Part shown: piece after piece, positions 40,398-53,900 of the stretch
Layout: the number at the start of each line of letters is the position of its first letter
How positions within the stretch are numbered: the stretch's first letter is position 1
Source: Catajapyx aquilonaris
Lineage: Eukaryota
NCBI GenBank assembly: GCA_000934665.2
Contig: KZ538510.1
Coordinates: 1-64,000, forward strand
DNA: 64,000 nt
Reading direction: 5' to 3'
Made by a program: the position numbers and the translations under genes
The notes under the pieces: generated by a model
Seen by the model: only the letters and a program-made list of their open reading frames with translations
What the model was told of the DNA's origin: nothing
Databases searched by the model: none

Positions 40398-41261
40398 TAA
40401 GATGTGACCAACTATATACTTATAGAGGTAGGCTATAATGTCTCATAATCGAACTAGTATTTAAACAAATAGCACTTTATAAGAGGAATCCTATCCTTGT
40501 AACTTGTACTCCCTTCATGAGGAAGGACCATATAAATAAATATATTGCAACTGATGAAACCAAACCTTCTCTCAGATAGCGTTCTTGACATTTTATATCC
40601 TCACCTCTCTGGTGTAATAAAAAACAAACAAGAAGAGTCTGAGCCTTCAAGACAGCAGTGACTGGCGGCTTAGAAGCGCTTCGTAGAAGAGTGTTACTCG
40701 CAGGGCTTTTTGTGCCTTCCTGTAAGTTTTGAAAAACTTTCCTTCGAGAATGTTGACTCATCTTTATTGCATTTCTAATGTATCTGGCAGAAAAATATTA
40801 ATTTTGTTTTCTAGGGGAATATGCGATTCTTAGCAGTAGACTTATATAGAAATGGAAATGTTTTCCCTAAATACCGTAGGCCTATTGGATTTTTCTATCT
40901 TCCATGTAAATCTCCAATACAGATTGAATGACAAAAATAATTATGATAGTAGAAAAGACAAAATTATCTATCGCCTGAAATGATTGCCTTCAGCGTAAAA
41001 TTATTACAGGTGACGGAAATTAAGTTTTAAATAAGTTATTGCGGACATTTTCAGCTATTGATTAACGTTTTTAAAGCCATGCAAGGAAATATCTTTTTCT
41101 TCTGCGCCTATGCTATTATCACAATCAACCCAGAGAACGAGTGTCACGGACCCGCGGAAAACTCATCAAGACAGGTGGAGTACGGTATACAATCATACCA
41201 GTGTCTATTTATGTGCAGAAATATTTGCGTCATTTACGTGGTAGGCTACCATAAACAACTA

Positions 41262-41807
41262 CCGTATTTACTCGCATATAAGACGCAACTTTTTTCCGAT
41301 TTTTGTAGCTCAAAAAGTAGGGTGCGTCTTATACGCGAGTGCGTCTTATACGGCAGGGCACAACGGGTGAAACCCATGAGAAATCGTGAAAATCGTTTAT
41401 TGAAAAATTTAAGCTTGTCGGTTTGATGTCCTGTCAGTACAGTTGATCACTTTCCTCTTGAAATCGGCACGGTACGACCTGCGTTTCTCCTTCACTTCCA
41501 TTGATATGCTCTCCCCGTCCATACACGTGCACAATTCCGGTGTGACCTTGCCACCTATACGTTTCAGATGCGTAGCATTGTCCCATTTTCCACTCCCCCC
41601 CCCTCCCTTTTACTGGATTCTAATGGATTCCACACGCACATGCATTGCACACGAGGTTGCTGCCGGCAGCTCGAGGCCAGTTCCCAAACTACGGCAATAA
41701 ATCTGGGTGCGTCTTATATGAGTCAACAACCGATTTTCCACGATTTTTCGCCTCAAAACCGGGGTGCGTCTTATACGCGTGTGCGTCTTATATGCGAGTA
41801 AATACGG
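41262..41807. mobile_element. pogo/Tigger-like MITE
   Basis: TIR CCGTATTTACTCGCATATAAGACGCA / TGCGTCTTATATGCGAGTAAATACGG, repeated internal GTGCGTCTTATA motifs, TA TSD. Confidence 0.9.
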
Positions 41808-44800
41808 TATGCAAAATAAGTGATCTCATTTACCTTGCTATTGATGATACATCACTACTCCTTCCTGATCAACATCGAGGCCGAACTCCTGGCGACGCTT
41901 GCTATAGTTTTGAACTGCAACAAAAGCACAGGAAACTAACCTGCACTGCATGGAAATCAATCAACCTCACTTGATTTTAATGTCAATTTGAAAAGGCGCC
42001 CGTGTGTATAGATTAGAGTGATCATAAAATCGTATAGGGATTGGCCAGAAGCTTCAATAGATCCAATCAAGTGAGTGTGGTTCAACACCTCACAAAATGT
42101 ACAGAGACTACTATTGCACACTACTGAAGAAATTATCCTATACTATATACATGATTGTGACATGCTGAAAATCTGGTAGACAACTTCTGCTCAGCTTGAG
42201 TGTGGCCTCTGCCTCTTATTTTATATGGGACGCTGGAGTCACTTGTTTACATTTCTCCCGGGTGTCCCATCTAAACTCTATTTCATATGGGACATTCGAG
42301 AGTTTTTCAAGTGGGAAGCTCCTTGATTACTTAAAATCACACAAAACTTTAAACATTTTGCATTTTTTTTTAAGGCAGCTCCCACCCGCCGCCTTACCTG
42401 AATCCCACCCACTCCAGATAACATAGCATTACTAAAGACGATATGAAGCTCGGAAAGAAGCGGGGTTGTCATGCTATGCTTATGATAATTTCCGAATTAA
42501 ATTGGGTCAAATGCATGACAATATATTATGAGTATGACAGCCAAAAGCAGTGCTGCACTGTAACTTAGTGTAGGCTACTGTAGAGGAGATAAGGCAGAGT
42601 GACATAATCCCTTTATCAACTCCTCCACAATCATCAACAAAAAAATTTCTTTCATACATGCACTGTAGTTGACTCATTATGATGTGTGTACACTTCTGAC
42701 TGGCCCAAGTAAAAAAAAAAAAATTATCTCGGCTTTTTGTCATGTCGAGATATTTGCGTTTGAAGTTTTTTGTTACCATTATCATATACAGGGTGTTCGA
42801 AGTTTGGGGGTAACTTCTTCATAACTCTAGGCATAACCAGGCATGCCAATTGTCAGTGGTGTCTGAAATGTTGGGTGACATTTTGTGGGTGATTTGTCAT
42901 GGAATGCACCCATAACAGTGGGATAGACTTAATATGAATGCTTTTCCTGTAGTATTCTGCTGGAATATTAGCACCAGCTCATTGATTAGCACAAATGCAG
43001 ACACATAAAATAATGATTGTACTGTAGATGTTCACTTGGGCAACTGAAGAGTCCAGTTTAAGGCCATGCTTTCAGATTTTCACAATTTTTGGTTCGACAC
43101 CACAATTGACCAGAAAATCAGCATCCTAGAATTAAAACACTTCCATGAAACATTTTGAATATTTATTCACTTTAGAAACAACAACAAGTTCATCTGGCAC
43201 ACCACATAATATAGCGACATGTATTGTCAAATGACTAAAAGTACCACTGCCTGTCCCATACAAAAATCCGCTTGTGTGAAAATAGGTGCTGCTCAACTAT
43301 CGCCACTTTTTCTCCATTTCCTGCAAATACATAAAAACTTGGCACCACGTAGTCTTCTATTCAATGAGTCCGTGCTTGGAATAAATGCCGTGGTTACGGC
43401 TCAAACGCTTCATCTCAGTTTGGGCTTTCAAGGTCACAGAGCACCTTGAACAACAGAAAACCCGACAATATACAGAGACTTGTGTTTCTTTGTACCTTCT
43501 TTTTAGTGACACAGCAGTGTAAAGTTTCGATGAACAAAACTGTTAGAAATCAACCACCATAGCCTCATCATCTGATGCTCATGAAAGGATTGCATTTTGT
43601 ACCATAAATATATACAGAGTAATTCCAAATCTGTCAAGAGTTGAACTGATTGCCACCTGAAGCAATGTAATATTGCATTTTTATGCAGTGAGTTTATGGG
43701 CACCAAGTCACTTTCAAACCATCACAAAGTGGGAAATCCTGCTGGCTGCACAATAATGCAATTACATTGACCCAAACTACCTCCATGATCTATGAAACTC
43801 CTTGATAACTTGAGAAAAATGCTATGAATATATGTATATTCAAGGCAAATCACAAAATCCCTTGCAAGTACTTGACCATGCCATAACAGCTATAACCTAT
43901 GGATCAAGAAATTCACCAGACATGGTACATCATTTATGAACTCGTTTGGAAATACTGTAGAATTGCATGAATGCACACTTGTCAAATTGAATAATGTTTT
44001 ATGTCATTGTGGAGGGTTTTATGATTCACCTTGTACATATACAATACAAACATCATCAGTTAAAGGTCATATTTATGAATGAAACAAAATCCCCAGCCAC
44101 AGCATATGAGAATCACTACAAGTTGCAATATCAAATGACTGCTGATGTTTCTTAACAATTCCACTTCAGAAATTTCTTGTATTGACAACTTTAACATCTT
44201 TCCTGTTAATGGACATAATTATGGAGTGACTAACCGAATCAAAATCAAACTGTCATAACATACTTCTATAGTTTCATGGTTTGAACTTGGATCCCTCAGC
44301 AACATCAACAGATGAGAATCTAAAAAGTTACGAATTTTCTAGCAACAGTCATATGCATTGCTAACTTTGTAGTTAATCTGATTGCTTTAGTTCACATGTT
44401 GTAACAGTCAAAATGCAGAGTAACAACTGAATGTTTTAGTGAATTTCCCAGTATAGACATTCTTCCTTTCATTTGACTCTGCAATTATACTGTTATAACA
44501 TTATGAGAGATAAATCTGTTTCATTTCATATGATTCAAGTTGTCTCCACAACACTTCATGCTCTCCATTGACATATATTTACAGATTCACATCTTTCTGA
44601 CATCAACGTGGTAAGTCCATGCCACAATATTTTGATGCTTCAGATATTTAAAAATGCATGGTTACACCATCGTGCGGTAAGTACTGGATCTGTAATTGAA
44701 TGTGACTGATTATCTTGCGACGCTCTTCTCTGGATAATTTTTGTACCTAAAAATGAACAAACTCCATCAATTAAATAAAAACGGCCACTTGGGCTGCCAC

Positions 44801-44947
44801 TTGTATAACGTGGCACAGGCGCCAAAAAATAAAAGTCAAACTGTTGTCAGTCAAGTAAGTTGAGTAAAACAGTCAGACAGGACAGAAACATTTGCCTTGC
44901 TGGTTAGTTTCAGACTGCAGAACCTGAGTGACAGCATCTTGTGACTC

Positions 44948-47900
44948 TCACACTACACTCTCTTCAGGAGGAAGGTCATTGTATCCATTCTGCACACTGG
45001 CACCTGCAATACCCTTACGCAGCGAGGCATCACTCCCAGAGCAGGTCCCTGACTGCCCACCACCAAAGAGGTTCCGCAACCACTTCTTAAGCGAGGTTCG
45101 TGGTGTCGATGCTTGTGAAGAGGCACTTGCCACTTCTTCAAGTGAACGCCACCGCTTGCGGGGCATTCCTCTTGCACCAGATGCTCCCATCAAATTATCA
45201 TTGCAGAGTAGCAAAGGAGTGGTAGCTTCAATTTCCTGCATGCCTTGCAGGTCGCCATTGGGAAATGTGACACGGCATTCAGCTGGTGATGTGGTGGCTA
45301 CTGTGAGTGACGTGAATCCGCCTCGACTCACCTTCCGCAACAGTGCTCGGCAATTTTCAAGTGAACGGGACTCACGCCTCAGTTGTTGTGGGACAGTGAG
45401 ACGCTGTACTGCTTTTGGTCGAGGAAATAAGTCTAATGAACGTGACTCACGAATGTTGGTTGCTGTGGACCAGACTCCAGGGTCGTGCTCAGAGATAGCT
45501 CGTGTATCATCTACTGGTGCACTTGGACGGCGAGAATCACGATAGCAGGCATCTAATGTCTCGGTTGATTCAGGGAGACGATGCAATGGCCCTTGAATCC
45601 CTCGGGCATCGGAGAGCTTGGGACTGCACCGGCGAACATCAGTTGGTCGGCAAAAGAGTGGCGGGAGATCCGGTAGATCCATTTCCCGCTTAAGCACTGA
45701 ACCTTCACCAGCACCATGTAACCAGTGAGTCATGACTTCACCTTTGCCCTTCAGATGAACTAATCCACGTTCTTCAATGCAGTAGCCACCCAGCTTTTCC
45801 AATGCTGCCCGACATTCATTGCTGATATGAATTTTGAGAGGCTCTCCATTTGACTCCATCCGCGATGCTGTGTTGACAGTATCACCAAAGAGGCAGTAGC
45901 GTGGCATTGTCAGTCCAACTACACCAGCTACAACTGGGCCTAAATAATTGAGATATTTGTTAAGACCAAGTATTAGTGTAATCTTACTCCAACAAAGACC
46001 ACATACCTGTATGAATGCCTATGCGCAATTTGAGCATATCATTAGGTCGGTGGGCAATTGTGTAGTTCCGCACAGCATCTAGCAGCTCGAGGGCCATGGA
46101 TGCTATGTGCCCAGCATGATGATCGCCATTTCGAATGGGTAGTCCTGACACCTGCGGGTAAAGCCTCATAAGATTAAGCAGAAAACAACTATTGGAATTC
46201 ACATACCACCATGTAGGCATCCCCAATGGTCTCCACCTTGTACACATCATAGCTCCGTATGATGCCATCAAACAAAGTGTAGAGGTCATTCAAGAAGTTC
46301 ACGACCTACAAGAGCAATGAGTTAGATGTGTCCTGCAAGATCTAATATATTCAGCCTACCTGAAGGGGTGATGACTCAGCTGACATGGATGTGAATCCAA
46401 CAATATCACTGAAGTAAATAGTCACGGAATCAAATGACTCAGGTTCAACACCAGCTCCGCGTGTCAATTGTTCTGCCACAGGCCTAAGGAACACACAAAA
46501 AAAAACCCTGATACATATGTTAGGTTCAAACCCGGAAAACGGCCATACCTAGGTCTGGTCATTTCCAAACCAGCCGGAACTAGGTGTGGTCATTTTAAAA
46601 CAGCCACAGCTAGTTCTGGTCGTTCCTGCTTATCAATATGCCTATGGATATGGACGTGATGGGGCGATGAATGGTGAATAAGAAGTAATGACCAGAACTA
46701 GCTGTGGCTATCTTAAAATGACCAGACCTAGGTATGGCTGGTTTAAAACGACCCCACCTAGATCTGGTATTGTTTCGGCCAGTGGCCGTTTTCGGGGTTC
46801 GAGCCTAACACATACACCAACAAAGCTACAACTGCACTCCAATGCTTACGCTGGCAACATGCGGTGAAGCAAATCTTCTGTCTTTAACTTTTCCTCATAA
46901 AGTAGCCTCGTGCGCTCATTGACTAGATCCTCGAGGTTGTTAGCATATTTTTCCATCATGGTCATCATCTGATCCATGATATTTGCCTGCCTGTAAGAAC
47001 ATAAATATCTTGTACATTATTACATTTAAAAAATGTTACAATATATACACAGTACAGGTAGGCCCTGTTCCATCAAAACAGGTCGGTGGTAAAATGAAAA
47101 GCCATAAAACGAGGCCTACCAGTACATATCTGTAAACCTGCAGCAATGCACCACAAAAAACAAAAGGGGCACATACAGTGTGTTTGGACTCAGAGGTGTT
47201 AATATTTTGATTTTCAAAAAATCATCAAATTAATTTACAATTTACAATTTTTAAATGCTTTACAGGTCATTTAAAAAGGTAATTAATGTGAAATGCTGCA
47301 AAATGAAGCCTCATAAACAATGTCTAGCTGTACTTCAACACTGCATATAATTTATATTTGATAAATTAAAATAATTGGAATTGCATTTAAGCCAACACAT
47401 AGAGATATACATAGGCACACTATGCATATACCTCCAAAAATCATTGCAAACATGTCCAATCCAATAGTGCAACTTTTCAACATGTCATAGAAGGAATGCT
47501 CTAAATACAGACCCATATTTATTTGTTCCTGGAAGCTCTAGACAAATAAACTCCATAGACCTTCTTAAATCTACTCCGCAACAAGCAGTTCCTAGAAGTT
47601 ATTCAATGGAATGCTCTTAGAATCTGGATCAGGGCAAACCGGACGCAATCAATCAAAATGAGACCCCAAATTTGCCTACCTACCACAGTTATGTAAAAAA
47701 AACTCCTATTCACCCCCCACACTGCAGTAATCATACTTGACTGGTCTACAAAAAATAAAATAAAACGGAAAAAAGAGAGCCTCTCATCAATGGAAGAAAA
47801 AGGGTTGCCGACCTCGGTAAAGAAGCGGTGGAGTGAGTTACACTACAACACGCGTTGGGAGGGCAAGGGCAAGAGTGCCCCTTTTTAAGAACCCACTCGC

Positions 47901-50900
47901 ACCTGCCATGCATATAACTCCTTTACCCCCTGATTTTTTGCTTGCCTGTGAACCTTGAACCGGAAAACCACAGAATCCCGAAAATCCAGCTTAGCCTAAG
48001 GCATGGCTGGAAATAGCCATGCAAATAAAATAAAATATCAAATTGGCTTTCATGTACAGGTGTGTGGGGCAGGGAATGGGTGGGAGGGGCATGGAGAGTG
48101 CATGGTGGCAGACAACTTGATGAGATGCAATGCTGTAACCAGCAAACCGGTGTTCCCTACTCTCACTCTTACTATAGGCCAGACAGTAGGGAGAAAGGGA
48201 AACAATAAGAATGGGAACGCCTTGCAGATGAAGAACATTAAGCTTGAACTAGTATATCATTTCACTCCTTGTTACTAGAGAAGTGTAAAATCACTGCTAC
48301 AAGCATCATACTGGTAGTACTTACATGCCCTCCCTCATAGGCTTCAAGCGGTCCCGAATCACGCGAAAGTTTGGCCTCAGCTCTGGTGGCTCCAACCAGC
48401 AGTCTTTCATTGTGTCTAACAGGCACTGGAATTTTGGTGGCAGCGTGTTGTACTCTTTCAGTATCTCAATGTTGGGCCGGAACGGTTCTCTTCCAATGGT
48501 TGGTCCCATCCGCACCATGTCCACAATATCTGTTGAAGTCGAGGAAGTAAGACACTCTGATTGTACCACCAAAAGATAATGAAATGACTATGTGACTGCA
48601 AAAAGGTCACTGACAGAAACCTCATAAAGTTCACATAATCTTTATGATAAGTCTCTTTGCTATAGAAACCATGTTCAGAAGAAGTGTTGCACATCAATAT
48701 TTGTTTGTATTTTGTCACTCTCTAAGTTCACTCACTACCAATATGACCAACTACCTTTTGGGTCTAATCCGCACGATCCATACGGGCCTCTTCGTCCCAC
48801 TATCTCGTACAGTATGACCCCAAAAGCATACACATCCCCCTTCTGGGTACCCCGCACTAAGTTAGGATTCCGGAGCAGTTCTGGTGCCTTCCATAATTGA
48901 TCTGAGGGAAGTAGTAAGCATTCGCCTTTTAATGTACAGTAATTTTCTAATCACGCATACATAACTTGCGGCCTCATAGGACAACACTAATGTCACTCAC
49001 TTTGATAGTAGTGGTGAGGGCCATCTAGGCCAGGCTCTACTGACTGACGCAGCTCATGCAGTCCAAAATCAGTAATCTGTAGAATCCAGCGACTAGTCAC
49101 TACGCAGTTAGAAGACTTCAGGTTGCCATGGACGCCCAAATCAGTGTCATGCAGAAACGTCATACCCTGAAATCAATGTGAGGGTTAAAACAGCACAAAT
49201 AACTCCCTGAAGAGCGAGGTTGAAGGAAGAGGTCAAATTTCGCCTTTCACTAACTGCTTCCATTTGACATGAGGCAGACAAATATTTTCCTCTCCATCAG
49301 TGTTCGCCTTCGGAACAATTCCATCATTCTTAAATTTGTTTATGTCTGAGCCGTGACTGTCCAATGAACTTGTCACAGCTACAGTTAATCGGGTGCAAGG
49401 CTGGGTGTGTGCGTGTGAGTGGGGGGGGGGGGGNNNNNNNNNNNNNNNNNNNNNNNNNNNNNNNNNNNNNNNNNNNNNNNNNNNNNNNNNNNNNNNNNNN
49501 NNNNNNNNNNNNNNNNNNNNNNNNNNNNNNNNNNNNNNNNNNNNNNNNNNNNNNNNNNNNNNNNNNNNNNNNNNNNNNNNNNNNNNNNNNNNNNNNNNNN
49601 NNNNNNNNNNNNNNNNNNNNNNNNNNNNNNNNNNNNNNNNNNNNNNNNNNNNNNNNNNNNNNNNNNNNNNNNNNNNNNNNNNNNNNNNNNNNNNNNNNNN
49701 NNNNNNNNNNNNNNNNNNNNNNNNNNNNNNNNNNNNNNNNNNNNNNNNNNNNNNNNNNNNNNNNNNNNNNNNNNNCCCCCCCCCCCCCCCCCAATGGCTA
49801 CACAGCAATGTAAACAGCCACTCTATCTGCTCTGTAATTACGTTACACAATTTGCCACACGCCAAATATTTCTTTCGCCTCAAATTAACTCTCGACAGCA
49901 TCCTTTTGATGCCTGTTTTTGCCGACGTGCCAATCTCGGTTTATAGACTGCCGATTGCGCGAAAATGATTCCATCACTTCCCTGGTCAACGCCTTGATTA
50001 TGGTATTCCCCGCACCCCCCACCTTTCCTAGAGCGTCACGAACGGTGTTGGTGTAAGGGAGTAAGAGGGTGTGGGTGGGGGAGGGGGCATACCTGCAATC
50101 AAGTGGGTCAGCCAAGGTAATTGACCAGCAGCCAAGAGGAAAGACAACAAAAAAACAGGAAGAAAACGGGGAAGTCCAAAGCTTAATACTGATTCACGGA
50201 AAAAAAAATTGTCACGTGGTCCCACAAACAACGTTACATAACCGGCTTATCCCAGAAATTACAATCTCCCCCCCCCCCCTCCCCCCTCCTCGATCTCTGA
50301 AGAGATGGAGCCTGGTGCCAGCCACGATATCCCTGCCACCTCTGGTTGGGTGAGACAGACAAGCCATCCTGGGAAGGCTTTACAGTAGCAATACCTGCAT
50401 ACGAAGTCAGATTGGCCACTTACATTGAGGCTGCCCTTGGCACAGTATTCCGTGATGATCCGGATCCGGGTGGGTTCCACTAGGGCACCCAGGAAGGAGT
50501 TGACGTTGTCGTGTCTCAGCTCTCTCATCAGTCTCATCTCTTTCATAGTCTCCCTGGAGATGTCCTTCTTCCTGCTGTAGAGCAGGTCCTTGACTCGGAC
50601 CAACGATCCCCGGTACGTTGCTCTCCGGGCAAACACCTGGTCCATGCACCGCGATTCTAGAGACACCATGCTGACCAGGCTGCCCTGTATTACAGGATTC
50701 AGGGGAAAAAGCAACATCATCAGTCAGAATTGGCCGACTTGTAAGACAGGGCCTGCCTGGAGGGTGATACCTGTCCCATACCACGAGTACTGTACAGTAC
50801 ATAGTAAAATATGATGCTGATGTACTTTACTTTAAAGGGGTTAAGGACTGGTCAGCCAATGATGCCGATGTACTGTACAGTACATGCATTCCCAATACAT

Positions 50901-53900
50901 AACCACATTTCCTAATTACGAGTATTTTGATATGATACAATGGGCCATGAATAAATAAATAATAAATAAATAGTAGACCCTAATTGAAATCTAGGGGAAA
51001 ACTTCTAACTTCCGTCAATTTCAGCTACATGATCAATTCAAGCCAAGCCATTCGACGACGATGCTTCTCATAGAACTATACTATTCTCTCGAGCGTAGCC
51101 TAATTAGGTTATGACATACTGTAGGTACCTCTTTTACGTAGCAGTTTAATTTCGGCGAATACCGGCAGCTAAAGCGCATCACAGGAAGTCCCACGCGCTC
51201 TCATCATGATTCCAAAGTAAATTACACTTACAGTATAACATCGCTCTGCAATCACGGCTCGGATAAAATTTAGGCAAAGGATCGCGATTAATTCGCACAT
51301 TATACTATACCATTATTATATGTGATTTTATGCAACTGCTTCACATGTACGTATATGTTACCTAGTGATGCTGCTATCTTAAGTAGGATGTTTTCAAGAG
51401 ATAGTGCAGGGCTCAAAATAGCATAACCTTACTTGGGGTGCAATGTTTTCCTTTCAATAGCACTCATGCATGCACAATAGGCCTATTATTTTATCGGCGA
51501 AATTTTTCCATACAGTCTCGGTTTTTCTAAAAAGAGTCCAAAGATCCATGACCTGTTGTAAAAACAGTGGTGTCAATAATCGACCTCGTGCAACTGTGCT
51601 TGTCCATATAAGAACTTATGACACCCTTAAAAAGGGAAACACGATTATATTGTTGATATAGCAGACTGGCAAATACGTGTAACAAGTTTTGTAAATAATA
51701 TTTATATATGTTCGCACGCTATACAAAGAGCACTGGCTACTATAAGTCCTTTATCGATTAAGAGCATCGACATTAATTACTTCACAGTATCAGGCTAGTA
51801 TCTATCATCAGGGATCCTTAAGCCGCGGCCATTGGGCGACATCCCTGGGACATGAATAGTGTTTTCACTGGTTATACTGTACAGTTTCTTTATTCTACAA
51901 GTACTTCCCCTAAAATGTGCAACTTCGAGTGTGCAACTTCGTAGGAAATAAACTGAAATATTCATAAATTTAATCAATTTTATTCGCCTGCTTATTTTCC
52001 CATGAACTCCTTGTTATTCTTAGGGAGAATGATGAGGGGGTTGAAGGTGGGGAGAGGAGGAAGGAAGGAAGGACGATATATCTCTCAACCCACACGCAAG
52101 TCAAGTCCCGCTGTTTACATAACGTTCTGAGTTAATTTTACACAAATGCCCCGAGCATGTTTACTGACGATACTCATACAGTACGTTATGTTTCATTCTG
52201 AGCACAATTACTGCTCTCAATTAATGACTTCCTCTGAAAAATTAGAGAATCCCTAACCTGTATAACATTGCTTTTCGCCATAACCATTTCTGTATAGCAT
52301 TGTCGCCATTTACTCTAGTAACCACCTGCACCAAGCCCGATCTGAAGTAATTATATCCATTCAATGCAAAAATAGACAGGTTAGAATAGGAAATTTCATC
52401 GCGAAGGTTTTTTTAAAACACCTAACACTCGAGGTAAAGGGGGTGGTCGCAGGTTACTTGACTATCATAAAAGGGGGTCGCGACCCGAAAAAGGTTGGGA
52501 ACCACTGGGTTAGAGCAATTTTACAAGTTGTGCCTACTTGTGTGTCAAAGCAGTAGTGTATTGTATACCTGCTCGCTATAAAAAGTCCTCGCCCATTTGA
52601 AGGCTACCATATCGCCCGGCACGGCGCTGTTGGGATATTTGTCGTGATTCACCATTCGAGCTCGGGCATTGCTTATCGTGCCCAAAGAAATGTTCCCAAT
52701 ACTCCACTAGTCAGGTTTATCCAGCTCGCCTACACAAACAGTCTGCGATCCGATTTGAAGCGCATGCTGCTCAACAGTATATATAGTATATATAGTATAT
52801 AGTAATATTACGCTAAAGGAAATCCAGCAATACGTCCGAAACGTATGTAGTACAGAGCAATTTCAAACTTTTAAAAAACAACACATAATAAACACAGCAC
52901 TCGATACGCCTGTCCACGTAATGTGAGCCACGAATGTCCAGCAATTAAACCTCGCAACGGCCATTTTATCAATAATAAAAATACGTCACCGTACCAATCA
53001 GGCTATGGCATTGTGCGATTTGATATATCAACGTGTGCTCACCGTTAGGCCTACCTTGCTGTAAACAACCTTCCCCCATTACATTAATATTACGTGCACA
53101 CTTGAATAAGCTAAATATGTAGTGCGCATTTGAATGGTGCGTTGACCCTCTAGCCCAATGCTATTGAAAAGGGTCAGGCGACCCCACATACACGCCCACC
53201 CTTGCCCGTAAGCTTCGTCGCTAACGGCAACGTTTGTAACTGTACGCAGTATAGTCTAAATCAAGTCGAGTTTTGAACTCGAGGTAAATACTACGCTCAC
53301 TACTTGAGAAGGTCGATTTCGTTTCCCATAAGTGTTTAGCTTTTGCCATGGCAACTCTGAATATAGGCTTGTTATGAACTGTACGGTACAGCTTCCGGAT
53401 AAAAGGTCCTAATCAAGACTCGACAAACAACTTTTTGTTCGCTCGCTAGACCAACACAGCAGGTGGGTACCTGGAATTTGCATACAATTAGACTATTTCA
53501 TCCTTCTATGAATCTTCCCACTATCCCACTGCGTCGCCCAGCCTGATGCTTCATTACACACAAGCAGCTCGTCATTTACATGTATACCGTATATATGCTT
53601 TCTCTGAATACGCCGTGGACTGTATATGTTACATAAATCATACTTTCAGCGAAATTCCATGCTACAAGTACATGATTTCTAAAGCTCTCACCGACAGACT
53701 GGAAGATCTTCATGCGCATTATTTAAAAAAAAAAAACTTTCCAGGTACTCAAGGACACGAGTTCCTGATACAGTATAAACCAACCGAGATTTTTCCTGAT
53801 TTCCTCGTAGGCCTACAACATGTTTACTGCATTTCTCATAACTGCACCACATAAATCGGAACGTTGCTACCCCTCAAATGTTATCCAGTATCATTTCGGT

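Noticed and set aside
44928..45545. 205-aa plus-strand ORF
   Set aside because: Antisense to the cyclase last exon, GTG start, no independent support.
49233..49968. Long ORFs spanning the gap
   Set aside because: Artefacts of the N run.
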